Assembly: GCA_964016885.1 (NCBI GenBank)
Contig: OZ024740.1
Location: 214,272,001-214,336,000 of the forward strand
Length of the DNA stretch: 64,000 bases
Reading direction: 5' to 3'
From: Eledone cirrhosa
Lineage: Eukaryota
A program made the translations under genes and the position numbers. The notes below the pieces were generated by a model. That model was not told the origin of the DNA, did no database searches, and was given only the letters and a program-made list of their open reading frames with translations. Below, piece by piece: positions 39,879 to 53,992 of this stretch (position 1 is its first letter; each line of letters starts with the position of its first letter).

Positions 39879-41991
39879 TATTATAAGATCAGGTCGTCTT
39901 TTGATAACTTGTTTTAATGTATACTGTTAAATACGACTGTACAATCCTCGATATATGTAGAACGTAAAAAAATATTTCAGTGTTAGAATTAGATACTTTT
40001 AAAAACATTTAAATTATGAAAGTATCGCTTCAGGAAATTTGCACATATTTTAATGAACTGAACTAAAATAAGAGAAGCGTTTAATATTTATTAGAGTTTA
40101 ATTAATGATTCTTTTACTTGAATGGCATATGTTGCCTGAGATAGTATCAAAATGATTAATTGAGCGGTCATTATACTTTACCAATCTCCAATCTTTATGG
40201 TTTACGAGTTACGTTTGAATAATTTATCTTTGAATGTTACATTTCAAGTGCAGTTAACAAAGTACCTATTTTGATGTATAATTAACACTTTTTACCCATT
40301 AGTTTACATGTGACATATTGGTAGAGTCGTTAGAACGCCGGACAGAATGCTTTGTAGAATTCGTTCCGGCTCTCTGCTCTCTAATCCCACCAAGGGAAAC
40401 TTTTCTTTCATCCATTCGAGGTCGATAAAAAAAGTACCAGTCAGGTACTGGGGTCGATTCTTCCTCTATAACTCTTTCTCACTTCCATTCTTTCACTCTA
40501 TCCTTATTTGGAAGAAATATGCTGTATTCAGGCCTGGAGAGGAGATGGGCTCCACCAAGTTTAAAAAATGGAGTCGCAGAGGCGCCGTATTGACATACGG
40601 TGCTTCTAGGGTATTTAAAAAAACCTGGTTCATCTGGTCATCCTGTTTTCACTCACTTACTATCCTTCTCTGGTAGATATCTGCTATATTTAGACCTATA
40701 TTTAAAATGCCCCAGAAACGCCGTATGTCAATACGGCGCCCCTACGACTCCCTCTGAAGTTATGGGACAATGATGATGATGATGCTTTATTTTTTGGGGG
40801 AGGTGAGTAACATTCTAAGGCTTTAACAGGCTTCTTTGTCTTGAGGATCTGTATTACTGGGTGAGAAAAGTGTAATTAGGATTCAAGTTGAATTGTTGCA
40901 AGTTAGTAAGTTAGTAAGTGATAAAAGTTTCTCAAAACATTTGACAAAGTGTTTAATAAGATTAGACACAATAATGTAGTGATTAGGTGACATCGCTGAA
41001 CAGCATACTAGAATTTGTAGAAGACTGAAACTTATTGATTATTAGATGTTATCTCATGAATTACGAGTTCAAATCTACTGTAGATGTTTCGTTGTATTTC
41101 TTGTCAAGGCGTTTGACTCTATTTCTTCCAGTTCCTTTAGCCGTCGAGATTGTGCACGAAATATGCGAGGAGAACAGTTAACGTGCACGATCATCTATCA
41201 ATAAAATATTGCTGAAAACAAAAACTTAAGTAATTATTTCTGTTTTTCGTGTGTGTGTGTGGGGGGGGGGGGGTCAACCTACAAGATCCCAGACCTCATT
41301 CGCTTAACGAGTGGGGTGGAACTCGTCAAGTGGACTAGGGGAACGATATTTCAATTGCTCTTTCCATTGCTGATACTATCTACCGGTGGCAACTCCTGGC
41401 AGAAAGATCAACGTGAAATAAAGTGTCTTGTTCAAGGACATAATGCATTGCTCTGTCCGGGCCTCGGACTCGCAACCTCACAATTGCGAATACAATTCTC
41501 TAACCACTAAACCACACGCCTTCACTTTCTCTTTTTTCACACTGATTTGATATTTAGAAAAACTTGAATCATCGCTTACACGGTTGAAGGATCAAATGTT
41601 CATATTTCGTGCAAGAGCTGTGATATGTGTCGGACAAGGCCTTAATGAATCATTCCCCTTGTCATCACATGGATCAAATACATAGCTTATACAACTCCGT
41701 GGTACAGTTTCACAGCAGTGATAATAGGCTTCTAGCATGGGAAAAGAAACGAAAAAAATAAAAGAGTGAAAATATATATGAATAATATTTATGATCGTCA
41801 ACAGAAAATAGCCATGTTTTTATATTGTGGTATTTTCTATATTGTTGTTTTGTAACATTATAAGAACATTATGACAAACACATTGGCATAGTATTTATAT
41901 TTATAAACAGCAGTTGTAGCTTCCTTATTGTTAGTTGACAGAAACATTGGACACCAATATCAACTCTCTCTCTATTAGTCCCTCCCCTTTC

Positions 41992-42057
<66 letters not shown>

Positions 42058-42243
42058 ACTTTCTCTCTCCCCCCTCTCTCTCTCTCTATATATATATCTT
42101 GTCAGCTCAGAAGTACTGTCTATATGCCCATCACAGTTAAACGAAACCTGACTAGTGTTGTAAATAAGACAATAAATAAGTTCGCATTATGCGTCGTACA
42201 GTCAAAATCTTGGGGATATGTTACTTCCATATTACATCATGAC

Positions 42244-43241
42244 TACTCTCGGATTCCTAAATAAGCGGGGGGGGGGGTTGAAAATCGATAATTTTTCTAG
42301 GCTGTCTCCCCTGATTTTAGTTAAAAACCAGAATTAGTCGTTTAGTTTACACATTGAGCCCTCAACCCATCCTATTTATTTTATAACATATGGGGTTTCT
42401 AGTATTGTACTTTTTTTTCTCATTTATAATGCTTTTTTAATGTCTAAAGAAAATTAATTGTCACAGGAATGCTACCATTTAAAATAAAATTTCGCTGGAG
42501 ATGATTAGCAGAATTTAATAAGCGGGTGGTGGGGTGGAATAAGAGGGGGGGGGGCGATTATTCGAGACCCGAGAAGAGTACGTGTGGTCCTAACATATCA
42601 ACGCACTTCTGTGTTCAGTATGTTTTATCATCGAAAACTTGTTTAATAGACTAAGTTTCTAACACAGTTTCGTCTCTCTGTGTCCTAGGTTAAATTCCTA
42701 CTGAGGCTCAAGTGGCTTTTTATCGAATTAGACAAGGCAAAAACAACAATAACCCTGCACAAATCTGCAGTATACTTCTTCAATACAAACCTGTGCTGGT
42801 CACCTGCCTTCTCTCTTCAGCCGCAATTCTTTCCTTTCTGTCACAAGATATAGAACGGTACTACTGGGAGTAGGCTCTCCATGTACAGCCTGTCAACTCT
42901 TACTCTCGGGTCTCGAATAATTCCACCCCCCGCTCTTATTCCACCCATTACCCGCTTATTAAATTTGACTAATCTATCCCCGGCGGTAATTAATTGGTAG
43001 CATTCCTGCGGTAATTAATTGTCTTTAGACATTAAATAACATTATACCTGAGGAAAAAATACATTACTAGAAATCCCATACGTTATAAAATAAATAGATG
43101 GGTTGCGGACTCAATATGTAAACTAAACAGCTAATCACGGTTTTAAAAAAAAATTAAAGGAGACAACCTACAGAAGTTATCCATTTTCCAACCACCCCCG
43201 GTTATTCCACCACAAATGCCTATTATTTGTGACCCGAGAGT
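42244..43241. mobile_element. Two opposed ~335-bp MITE copies (42244-42580, 42901-43241)
   Basis: TACTCTCGG...CCGAGAGT TIRs; homologous to 23426-23749. Confidence 0.75.
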
Positions 43242-44287
43242 TGCTCCTAAATGAGGATCTCTTGTCGTTATTGCTGTCTTCGTTGTTCACCATCGCTTTA
43301 CTAGTTTTTTTGTTTTTCAATTTCAAATGATTCTTACTTACGGCGTCTAAAACAATTCAACCTTTTGCTCTGCTTCACCAGTTTAATTGCTATAAATTTA
43401 TGTGCCTAAGATGGAGTTGGCTCTAAGGTTCTTCCGGATTCCTGAGGATCTGCATCTCCAGAGATATCCCTGGTGACCACATGTCGCTCTTGATCATCTT
43501 GCCGTTTACAATTTGCCCATACTACTCTGCAAAGACAACAACCCAACGTCAGAACCAATGACCATAGATTTAGCACTTGTGCTCGGCCGCCCCAAAGTTC
43601 GTCTATTGACAATTTGCAATTATAAAAGTCTAGACTGATGTTTCAATTAAATTGCTGTCATTAAAAGTAATTAACCCTGCTTGGCAAAACCTGTGCATGT
43701 ATGTGTTATTATTGTCATTGCTAATGGTTTTATTATTGTTATTGCTAATGGTGATTTTGTTGTTACTGCTAAAACCGTTGCCAAAATCGTTCTCATTAAA
43801 ATCAATGTCAACACAACAAACATTCATTATTTCTATGTTTTGAATGTGACGTGTTGTACGGTATTTTATTTATTTCCTTTACCTTGTTTATTTTCGGCAA
43901 GTTGCCAAATATATTGTTACTTCTGCTAATTTTCATATCTGTATAATAATGGTTTCTTATATAGGCACAAGGCCAACAATTTTTGGGAGGGGGAAGTCGA
44001 TTAAATCGACCTCAGTGCGTGACTGGTACTTTATTTTATCGACCCCGTAAGGATGAAAGGGAAAGTTAACCTCGGCGGGATTTGAACTCAGATCATAAAG
44101 GGCCGTAACTCTATGCTGCAAAGCATGGCGTCCAACCATACTACCAATACTACCAATCCACCGCCCTTCTTCTCTATATAATGATAATATGGAGTTATAT
44201 CAGTTTTACGTCAGTATAGCCAACATTATGAGAACAACAACGTAGAAGGTATAAAACACTTGTAACAACATTCTTCTTATCATGGCC

Positions 44288-45678
44288 AATGGACTCTGCT
44301 AAAGGCACACATGGGACAACATGGACTCTGCTAAAGGCACACATGGGATAACATGGACTCTGCTAAAGGCACACATGGGACAACATGGACTCTGCTAAAG
44401 GCACACATGGGACAACATGGACTCCACTGAAGACACACATGGAACAACATGGACTCCACTGAAGACACACATGGAACAACATGGACTCCACTGAAGACAC
44501 ACATGGGACAACATGGACTCCACTGAAGACACACATGGGACAACATGGACTCTGCTAAAGGCACACATGGAACAGCATGGACTCCACTGAAGACACACAT
44601 GGGACAACATGGACTCCACTGAAGACACACATGGGACAACATGGACTCCACTGAAGACACACATGGGACAACATGAACTCCACTGAAGACACACATGCGA
44701 CAACATGGACTCCACTAAGGACACACATGGGACAACATGGACTCCACTAAGGGCACACATGGGACAACATGGACTCCACTGAAGACACACATGGGACAAC
44801 ATGGACTCCACTAAGGGGACACACATGGGACAACATGGACTCCACTAAGGACACACATGGGACAATATGGACTCCACTGAAAACACATGGGACAACATGA
44901 CTCCACTAAGGACACACATGGGACAACATGGACTCCACTGAAGACACACATGGGACAACATGGACTCCACTAAGGATACACATGGGACAACATGGACTCC
45001 ACTGAAGACACATGGGACAACATGGACTCCACTAAGGGCACACATGGGACAACATGGACTCCACTAAGGACACACATGGGACAACATGGACTCCACTAAG
45101 GACACACATGGGACAACATAGACTCCATTAAGGGCACACATGGGACAACATGGACTCCACTAAGGATACACATGGGACAACATGGACTCCACTGAAGACA
45201 CACATGGGACAACATGGACTCCACTGAAGACACATGGGACAACATGGACTCCACTAAGGACACACATGGGACAACATGGACTCCACTAAGGACACACATG
45301 GGACAACATGGACTCCACTGAAAACACATGGGACAACATGGACTCCACTAAGGACACACATGGGACAATATGGACTCCACTGAAGACACATGGGACAACA
45401 TGGACTCCACTAAGGATACACATGGGACAACATGAACTCCACTAAGGACACACATGGGACAACATGGACTCCACTGAAGACACATGGGACAACATGGACT
45501 CCACTAAGGGGGCACACATGGGACAACATGGACTCCACTAAGGACACACATGGGACAATATGGACTCCACTGAAGACACATGGGACAACATGGACTCCCC
45601 TGAGGACACACATGGGACGTGGACTCCACTAAGGACACACATGGGACAACATGGATTCCACTAAAGACCCACATGGGA
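44288..45678. repeat. ~30-bp minisatellite, ~46 copies
   Basis: Unit CATGGACTCCACTGAAGACACACATGGGACAA and variants. Confidence 0.95.
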
Positions 45679-46712
45679 AAAAAGGTTGTGTTAAACTAGA
45701 CGGTGGGGTACGTCTACCACTGAAGCAGGCTATAATGGATTTTGAACTCAAAACGGAAGGTACTGCAAAACAACTTGTCCAATGCTCTAAGAATTCCACC
45801 AGTCCCTTTCCCTGGACTGGTACTGAGTTCCAGTCTAAATTTCAGGTTACATTCGCCTTAAACAAATCACATCATCATGTGGTTATTTCACTCCAGAGCA
45901 ACGAATACCACGAAAGCAATCGGCCTTCCTTATATGTGGCCAATTGACAGTCTTTAGAATTTCAGGTAGAATACTTTGTTACGGCTCTCTGTATTCTGTG
46001 TTCAAATCCCGCCAAGGTCAAATTTGCCTTTCATCCATTTAAATTTGATAACAATGTACCAGTCTAGTACAGGGGTCGATTAGTCCTCAATATCTCTTTC
46101 TCACCTCCATTCTCTCAAACTCTTTCCTTCCCTGGAAGAAATCTGCTGTATTCAGACCTAGAGACAAGATGGACTCCACCACATTTAATAAATATGTTAG
46201 AGACGCCGTATGTCAATATGGCGTCCTTATAACTCCCTGAGGAGTTACGGCACAAAAAGAAAAATAATTTTATGCATTGTCTTTCATTTAAATATGTTAT
46301 TTTCTTCACTTTTCGTATTGTACTTGGCTGGTAAGTTTTAGCTTTCATAAGTAAATTTGAAGTAGCACGTATTACAGACATAAATATATGCTGGATTCTC
46401 CGTCGGCTTCGACGAAGAACATTCAGGTGATCGATAACATGAAATACCTGATCGATAAATTAATGTGTGCCGTTAGAATAATTCTTAATCCGAATCGGAA
46501 TGACACAATATGCAACATTGCTGGATCTTCTTTTGATTTACAAGGACAATCTGACGAACATCCACAATACACCTGACCAAGGTGACATGACTTGGTATCG
46601 AAGGGGCAGCCTCGTGATTGCGAAATAAAAATCATAACGATTCGGCCATAGAAAAACCTAAACAAACATTTATCTCCCCCTTTCTCATTTCCTTCACTTC
46701 CCCTCTTTCTGC

Positions 46713-46804
<92 letters not shown>

Positions 46805-47231
46805 GTCCCTTTTCTCTTACTTTCACTCACTCCTTCTCTGCTAGTCACCCTCTCTCCGCTAGCTCACTTCCTCCCTCGTCTGCCACTGCAAGCAGTCTCT
46901 TTTCCCGCTCACACTGCTACAGTGAAGACGTGCCTTTCTCTCTCGTCACACTTGCAAGGACTTATGTCCGAAAAAAGTTTGTTGACTTGATATTTTCCTC
47001 TCTTTACGTTGCTTTACTTTTCGTGTCTGTTTACGTATTTTTTTCTTTCTCTCCCCCTTTTTATCCCAATAACTTATTTTAGTTAATGATCGCACTAGGT
47101 TGAGATATCGTGTCTCTAACGCGAAGAAATATCGATGATTCCTAGCAGACAACTGATGATGGATAATACCCTCTTTCGCCCGTAACTTTTAATTTTCTTT
47201 ATACTTAATTGCAACCCACACAGTCCGCCGT

Positions 47232-47281
<50 letters not shown>

Positions 47282-47408
47282 AATGTTCTATTTAAATTGT
47301 TGGGATACAACAAGTAAATATTTTTATAACTGATATAAAGCACTCGACAAGTATTTGGAGTAGATATACGATATTAACAAATGGAAACTATATTTATAAA
47401 ACCATATT

Positions 47409-47473
47409 TATTTCATTATACATATTTCAAGGATACCAAGTTAAATTATGGTATGCCTTCATCAGACAAAATA
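47409..47473 (-). ncRNA. Type-I hammerhead ribozyme
   Basis: Exact mirror of 48497-48561. Confidence 0.8.
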
Positions 47474-48496
47474 CAATATATACCAGTTTTATAAATAAAC
47501 ATTGACGTACCCTTTCAAAATGCGACCGTTACTTTTGGAAGACATCAGGATAGTGGTTTGTTTATTTTAGTAAGTCGAAGTGTTAAGGATAAGTAAAAAG
47601 ACGGAGAGAGAGAGTGAGAAACGTGGAGAAAAGAAAGGGAGAGATAAATAAAGAAAAAGAGGAAAGAAAAAAAAGAAAAAAAGAAAACAGAGGAAAACAA
47701 CAGAGAGATATCAAACCACCAGACAGAGAAAAAACTCAAGAGAGAGAAATATAGAGATAGAGAGAGGGGGAGAGAACGAAAACCTTAAGTCAAGTCATAT
47801 TAAGTTGAGTTAACAATTGAGATGAAACACAAGGAATGTATAGCAGTAATAATAAAAAAATCACTTATGCTTTGTATGTATATATTATATGCGGGAGTAG
47901 ATATAATGTGTATTTTCTGAGTGTGTGTGTATATATATATTTATGTATCTTTGCCTATATGTACGTGCTATACGATAGGTAATTTCTCTAGCAATATATA
48001 TATTTTGTGATGTTTAAATTCCAATTTTTAATATATTGATCTCAATTTTTAAACTAAATATCTAATCATAATTAAACAATGATTAATTTCTCATATTATA
48101 TACGTATATTCCATTCATGAATATTAATATTTCTAATTTTATTTATTCATTTCATCTCAATTGTTAACTCAACTTAATATGACATGACTTAAGGTTTTCG
48201 TTCTCTCCCCCTCTCTCTATCTCTCTATTTCTCTCTCTTGAGTTTTTTCTCTCTGTCTCTGTCTGGTGGTTTGATATCTCTCTGTTGTTTTCCTCTGTTT
48301 TCTTTTTTCTTTTTTTCTTTCCTCTTTTTCTTTATTTATCTCTCCCTTTCTTTTCTCCACGTTTCTCTCTCTCTCTCTCCGTCTTTTTACTTCGACTTAC
48401 TAAAATAAACAAACCACTATCCCGATGTCTTCCAAAAGTAACGGTCGCATTTTGAAAGGGTACGTCAATGTTTATTTATAAAACTGGTATATATTG

Positions 48497-48561
48497 TATT
48501 TTGTCTGATGAAGGCATACCATAATTTAACTTGGTATCCTTGAAATATGTATAATGAAATA
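48497..48561 (+). ncRNA. Type-I hammerhead ribozyme
   Basis: TATTTTGT-CTGATGA-AGG-C-ATACCA-loop-TGGTAT-CCT-T-GAAA-TATGTA-TA-ATGAAATA. Confidence 0.8.
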
Positions 48562-48600
48562 AATATGGTTTTATAAATATAGTTTCCATTTGTTAATATC

Positions 48601-48631
<31 letters not shown>

Positions 48632-48635
<4 letters not shown>

Positions 48636-49244
48636 GTGTAATGAGTTCTTTTACAATGAAAGTAGCTCAAAGGAAGAAATATTTCTGAGCCGTGTAAAAC
48701 ATTTAAATATAAATTAATATATATGATGAAACACAAATACCAACATATTTGCATTTATATTGCAAAAGAAATTTAGTTAGCCAGAATGAAATATACTAAT
48801 TATAATATTACAGCCTGCCTATATCGATTTAAAATAATAAATCAACAAAGACAAACAGTATTGCCAAGTGGCCGTGAAGTTTAGACACATTTAAATTTCA
48901 AAATGAAACCTGTTCCGTAGATAAGTTTAAACTTTAAAATCCAGATATGTTTCGAGATAAAATAAGTGTAAGGATATCTTGTCCAGCTCTCTTCAATAAA
49001 CATCCCGAACAAATTGATATGCTTCACTTCTAAATATTTTAAAAAACTGTTTAACGCACATGGTTTACAGTTTCTAGCCAGCCTCATACCGGTACTGCTA
49101 GAAATAACAGTCGTATATATGAGGCTACTATCAGCTCAACCTAAGGAGCAATTTTATTAAGTGTAATGAGTTCTTTTACAATGAAAGTAGCTCAAAGAAA
49201 GAAATATTTCTGAGCCGTGTAAAACATTTAAATATAAATATGTG

Positions 49245-49245
<1 letters not shown>
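48632..49245 (-). mobile_element. Partial-tandem element with ~80-bp direct repeats and a decayed hammerhead
   Basis: 48632-48713 equals 49157-49239. Minus 48938-49004 reads TTTA-TTGAAGA-GAG...CTC-GAAA-CATA-TC-TGGA. Confidence 0.6.
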
Positions 49246-49305
<60 letters not shown>

Positions 49306-49545
49306 TACCGACACTTCAGTATGCAGATTGGAGCACTCGACGAAGTGCGCAGGTTGGTTTAGTTACTCCGGAGTAATGTAAAATAAAATAATTAAGTCAA
49401 ATATTTAAAATTTGGCTTCGTTTATTAAAGGTGTACTGCTATATATATTTATATGTAATGTGTAGAGCATGGAGGAGAGTGTGCGCGCCACAAAGTAAAG
49501 TGTACTCAATACAAATAGAGTTGAAATATATAGATTGACAGACTT

Positions 49546-49582
<37 letters not shown>

Positions 49583-49584
<2 letters not shown>

Positions 49585-49895
49585 AGATGGCGTAGGAGAG
49601 AACAAAGGAGAGGCACAGAAACAAAGAAAATAATCCCCAGTCACTGAAGAGGTCACATAATGTGTGACGAAAGAACTTTGACAACATATAAACAACCATC
49701 TGGTTGTGGAACCAACCAACCAACCGGAAATTTATAAATTCCTAAATTTATAAATTTATTATAATAAATTGAAGTGAAAGCAACTGGTGCGTGTGTTTCT
49801 TATTAGCAACATGACCCTCCCAAAGTATAACAATATCGGTTTCAACACACGTTTTCAGATAAAGAATCTTGCTAAAAAAATTCAGAAACGAAATA
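49583..49895 (+). mobile_element. Solo pLTR-like copy of the 13320 family with tail
   Basis: Homologous to 13320-13780; (TA)n flanks. Confidence 0.85.
49640..49682 (+). ncRNA. Type-I hammerhead ribozyme
   Basis: GTCA-CTGAAGA-G-GTCACA-TAATG-TGTGAC-GAAA-GAAC-TT-TGAC. Confidence 0.8.
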
Positions 49896-49904
49896 TATAT
49901 ATAT

Positions 49905-50945
49905 GAGTGAGATGGATACCAATCAGAGTTTAGCTTTAAACTATCTCTGTTATTGTATTAAATATTTACTCTTGATTGGCCAGAGGTGTTTATTTCCAGG
50001 TACCTTATGAATTTGACTTTCCGTATTTATTACTGTTGTGAAATGTTGTGGTTTTTTTTGGTTGTAACTTCTCTGTTTTTTAGCCGAAGAAAATATATAT
50101 ATGCCTATGTATATAATTACATGCATACATTTATTTTCTTTAATTAATTGAGTTCTTTACAGTTCTTTTTTGAAATGACTAATTAACCCGCGTGTGTTTT
50201 ATATTTTACTCTTAATTCAGCCGGAGATTTACATTCCCATTTGCCCTTAAAGCATGACTTTCTGTATTTACTGCGGTTATGAGATACGGTTCTTATTCGG
50301 GTACAACTTCTGATTTTAGCCTAAGAAAATATCTATATGCGTGTGTAATTTATACACGCATATATTTATTTTTTTAATTTTCAATTGAGTTCTTAACACG
50401 TTGGATTGATAATGTTTTCGAAAAAACTAATTATCCAGCGTGTATATTATTATTTTTTTCCTCCTTTCGTGGATCGTAGTTGTCTCCCCTTCCCGCTTCG
50501 TGTCGCTATGATACTTCCTCAGTCAAGAACTGCTGGAATTTCAAATTTGGCGGTCATTTGATGCGAGAAGGAGCAACTTAACAAACACGATTTTTGACTG
50601 CGGTAAGAATTTCTTTCTTATATCAAAGTTTAATGGGCTTCCACTGAGGATTTATAAGCGCCCACCTAAATATATTCTTATATAAATATATATTAGGCTT
50701 CTACATAAACTGGAAATATTCTCCCAACTTGTAGAAAACTTATAATGAAACAATTGTTTGGAAAGAGAGATGTATTTTAACTTTAATTATATCTCATAAA
50801 ATAATACAACTGGTTTTTCCACATTATACATATTGTTAGCACCCCAAACACTTAAATTAGGTTTATATTTAAATATAACCTAATGTTTGTTGAGTGAGAT
50901 GGATACCAGTCAGAGTTGAGCTTTAAACTATCTCTGTTATTGTAT

Positions 50946-50951
<6 letters not shown>
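49905..50951. mobile_element. Unclassified ~1-kb element with ~60-bp terminal direct repeats
   Basis: 49905-49964 matches 50892-50951; internal diverged ~240-bp duplication; (TA)n flanks. Confidence 0.6.
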
Positions 50952-51004
<53 letters not shown>

Positions 51005-52787
51005 AAGTCTGTCAATCTATATATTTCAACTCTATTTGTATTGAGTACACTTTACTTTGTGGCGCGCACACTCTCCTCCATGCTCTACACATTACACACA
51101 CACACACACACATATATATACGCATTCATAATGATTTCTGATAAAATATCAGACATGTCTATTATTTGAAAGAAACTCACGCACACATAGGCACACACAC
51201 ATACACGCACGCATACACGCACACACATACACGCACGCACACATGCACACAGATACATACATACACGCACACATAGGCAGACACATACACACACACACAC
51301 ATACACGCACGCATGCACATATATACACACAGAGATCCATACACAAGTACACATACACACATGCGCACACACACACTGAAAGAAATAGTAGCATAAATAG
51401 CAGAATCTGGTATGCTGTCGAAACCAGCTGTTCAATTGATAGGAGTGTCTCATCGAAAAATCAGTGAGAAGGAAACCATCTTCGACCACCTGATATAGAA
51501 TACAGAACATATAGTTCCTGTCAACTGTCTGAAGAACCCACCCCTACACCACCACTGTCACCACCACGTTTTGGTTCGTTTTTATGTTTTAATTTTCATT
51601 TTTTTCCCCGTTGGTTGTTGTTTCTTTAATACACTCTTAGTAAGTTGCTATAGTTTGTACGTACAACTAAAAGCTAACATAGTCATTTGAAAAAAAAAAC
51701 AAAATGGCGAATTTCTGAGGGAGCGTATGAAAACAATTGACCCACATTCTACTGACTCAATCTATCAGTAGTACAGCAAAAATATCCCCGCAAATCCCCT
51801 ACAAAAAATGTTCAAATATTTATTAGCTGACCCTATCCATCAATTTAATGCTGTCTAACAACCCCCATCCACTAGCCGACACTTCCAACAAAACAAACAT
51901 TGTCATTTAGATACTGGCTCTTAATTTCATAAAGGATACACATAAAGGATACACTTTTAAATGGCAATGTAAAATATATATTCAAATGTACGTATATGAA
52001 CATATATATAGATGTACCCATACATTTGTTAGCATGTATATGTGTGTGTATGTGTATGTAAGTGTATGAAAGAGAGAGAAATAATTTTAGTTTGCTTACA
52101 TACATACAGCTCCACTTAAGCACATTTGAATGTTACATACAAAAATAGAGGCGATGCTTCAGCATGAAATTGGTTGTGATGGCTAAAACAAAACGTTGAA
52201 CTAAAGAAGTGCACACAAAAACGACTCTGTTAATTCTCCGCCTTTTAAGAATTTGTTGTAGTATGGTCCCGTAACGCTTGAGGAAGTCGTACAGCTGCCA
52301 TATTGACATACGGCGTCTTTTAGGCCATTTTTTTTTAAACCTAGCCGTGCCCATTTCTTCTTCAGCTCTGAATGCAGCAGATTCCTTCCAGACAAGGATA
52401 AGGAGTGAGAGAATGGAAGTGAGAAAGAGATATAGAGGAAGAATCGATCCCAGATCTACACTGGTACGTTTTTTTTTTTTATCGACGCCAAATGAATGAA
52501 AGGCAAAGTTGACCTCAGAGAGCAAAGAGCCGGAACGAATGCCGCAAAGCGTTCTATCCGACGTTCTAACAACTCTGCTAATTCTCTGCCTTTCAAGAAT
52601 TTACCCAAACGTAAATTAATTTCATTATAACTTACAGGGGCAACTTATAATGTAAAGTGTTTTGATTGGGAAAAGGGGTTGAATTAGTTAATTTTAAAGA
52701 ATATGATTTTCCTGAAATTGACTGTTTGTAATTTCTGAAGAGAGTAAAATTTGCCGAATGCCAGATAGAACGCAGTCTTATAATTTA

Positions 52788-52841
<54 letters not shown>

Positions 52842-53029
52842 TATGTAAGTATGTATACATACATATATGTATACAGACGTACAGTAGTATGTATATATAT
52901 TGAAAGTATGTATATATATTGAACATTTGAAAGTATATACTTTCCTTATGCATTTTAACGGCTGAGCAGCCTAATTTGCATATCGAGTGAGTTAGTCGGC
53001 CGGGTGTACCGAAAACGATAAATGGAAAA

Positions 53030-53097
<68 letters not shown>

Positions 53098-53309
53098 GTA
53101 TGTAAGTATGTATACGAACATACATATATGTATACAGAGGTATAGTAGTATGTATATATATATACATACATGCACACATATATATATGTACGTATGGGTT
53201 ACCGAACATTTATTATAATGTTCAGTTTGTTTGTATACAAACAGCCCGAATTAAGCCGTACAGTGTTCGGCAAACATCGTCGCCCTTTTGTTCAACACTG
53301 ACAAAGGAA

Positions 53310-53350
53310 CGATGAACTAGTTTCAACCTTATTAGCTATCGTCAGCATCG
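53310..53350 (-). ncRNA. Type-I hammerhead ribozyme
   Basis: CGATG-CTGACGA-TAGCT-AATA-AGGTT-GAAA-CTAG-TT-CATCG. Confidence 0.75.
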
Positions 53351-53478
53351 TATACCTTCCTGTCAGATGATTGAACATTTGAAAGTATATACTTTCCTTA
53401 TGCATTTTAACGGCTGAGCAGCCTAATTTGCATATCGAGTGAGTTAGTCGGCCGGGTGTACCGAAAACGATAAATGGA

Positions 53479-53510
<32 letters not shown>

Positions 53511-53718
53511 TATGTAAGTATGTATACGAACATACATATATGTATACAGAGGTATAGTAGTATGTATATATATACATACATGCACATATATATATGTACG
53601 TATGGGTTTACCGAACATTTATTATAATGTTCGGTTTGTTTGTAAACAAACAGCCCGAATTAAGCCGTACAGTGTTCGGCAACCATCGTCGCCCTTTTGT
53701 TCAACACTGACAAAGGAA

Positions 53719-53759
53719 CGATGAACTAGTTTCAAGCTTATTAGCTATCGTCAGCATCG
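53719..53759 (-). ncRNA. Type-I hammerhead ribozyme
   Basis: CGATG-CTGACGA-TAGCT-AATA-AGCTT-GAAA-CTAG-TT-CATCG. Confidence 0.8.
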
Positions 53760-53951
53760 GATATACTTACATTTAAGTATCAGCCGTACTAAGAGTGAGA
53801 AATGAAATTTCATTTCATTCTTTTCCATTTATCGTTTTCGGTACGCCCGGCCGACTAACTCACTCGATATGCAAATTAGGCTGCTCAGCCGTTAATATGC
53901 GTAAGGAAAGTATATACTTTCAAACATTCAATCATCTGACAGAAAGGTTTA

Positions 53952-53992
53952 CGATGCTGACGATAGCTAATAAGCTTGAAACTAGTACATCG
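53952..53992 (+). ncRNA. Type-I hammerhead ribozyme
   Basis: CGATG-CTGACGA-TAGCT-AATA-AGCTT-GAAA-CTAG-TA-CATCG; palindromic ACTAGT stem III, GUA triplet. Confidence 0.85.

Larger units (their letters stand above)
47279..48603. mobile_element. Fold-back element: ~460-bp arms, ~320-bp spacer, tail on the left arm
   Basis: 47367-47827 versus 48150-48603; tail 47279-47366. Same terminus family as 3724-6283. Confidence 0.92.

Noticed and set aside
44288-45678. Possible CRISPR array or tandem ribozyme array (contains CTGAAGA)
   Set aside because: No unique spacers, no cas genes and a eukaryotic context; no stem II/GAAA follows CTGAAGA.
52731-52772. CTGAAGA...TTTGCC-GAAT hammerhead-like string
   Set aside because: Multiple core and stem defects.
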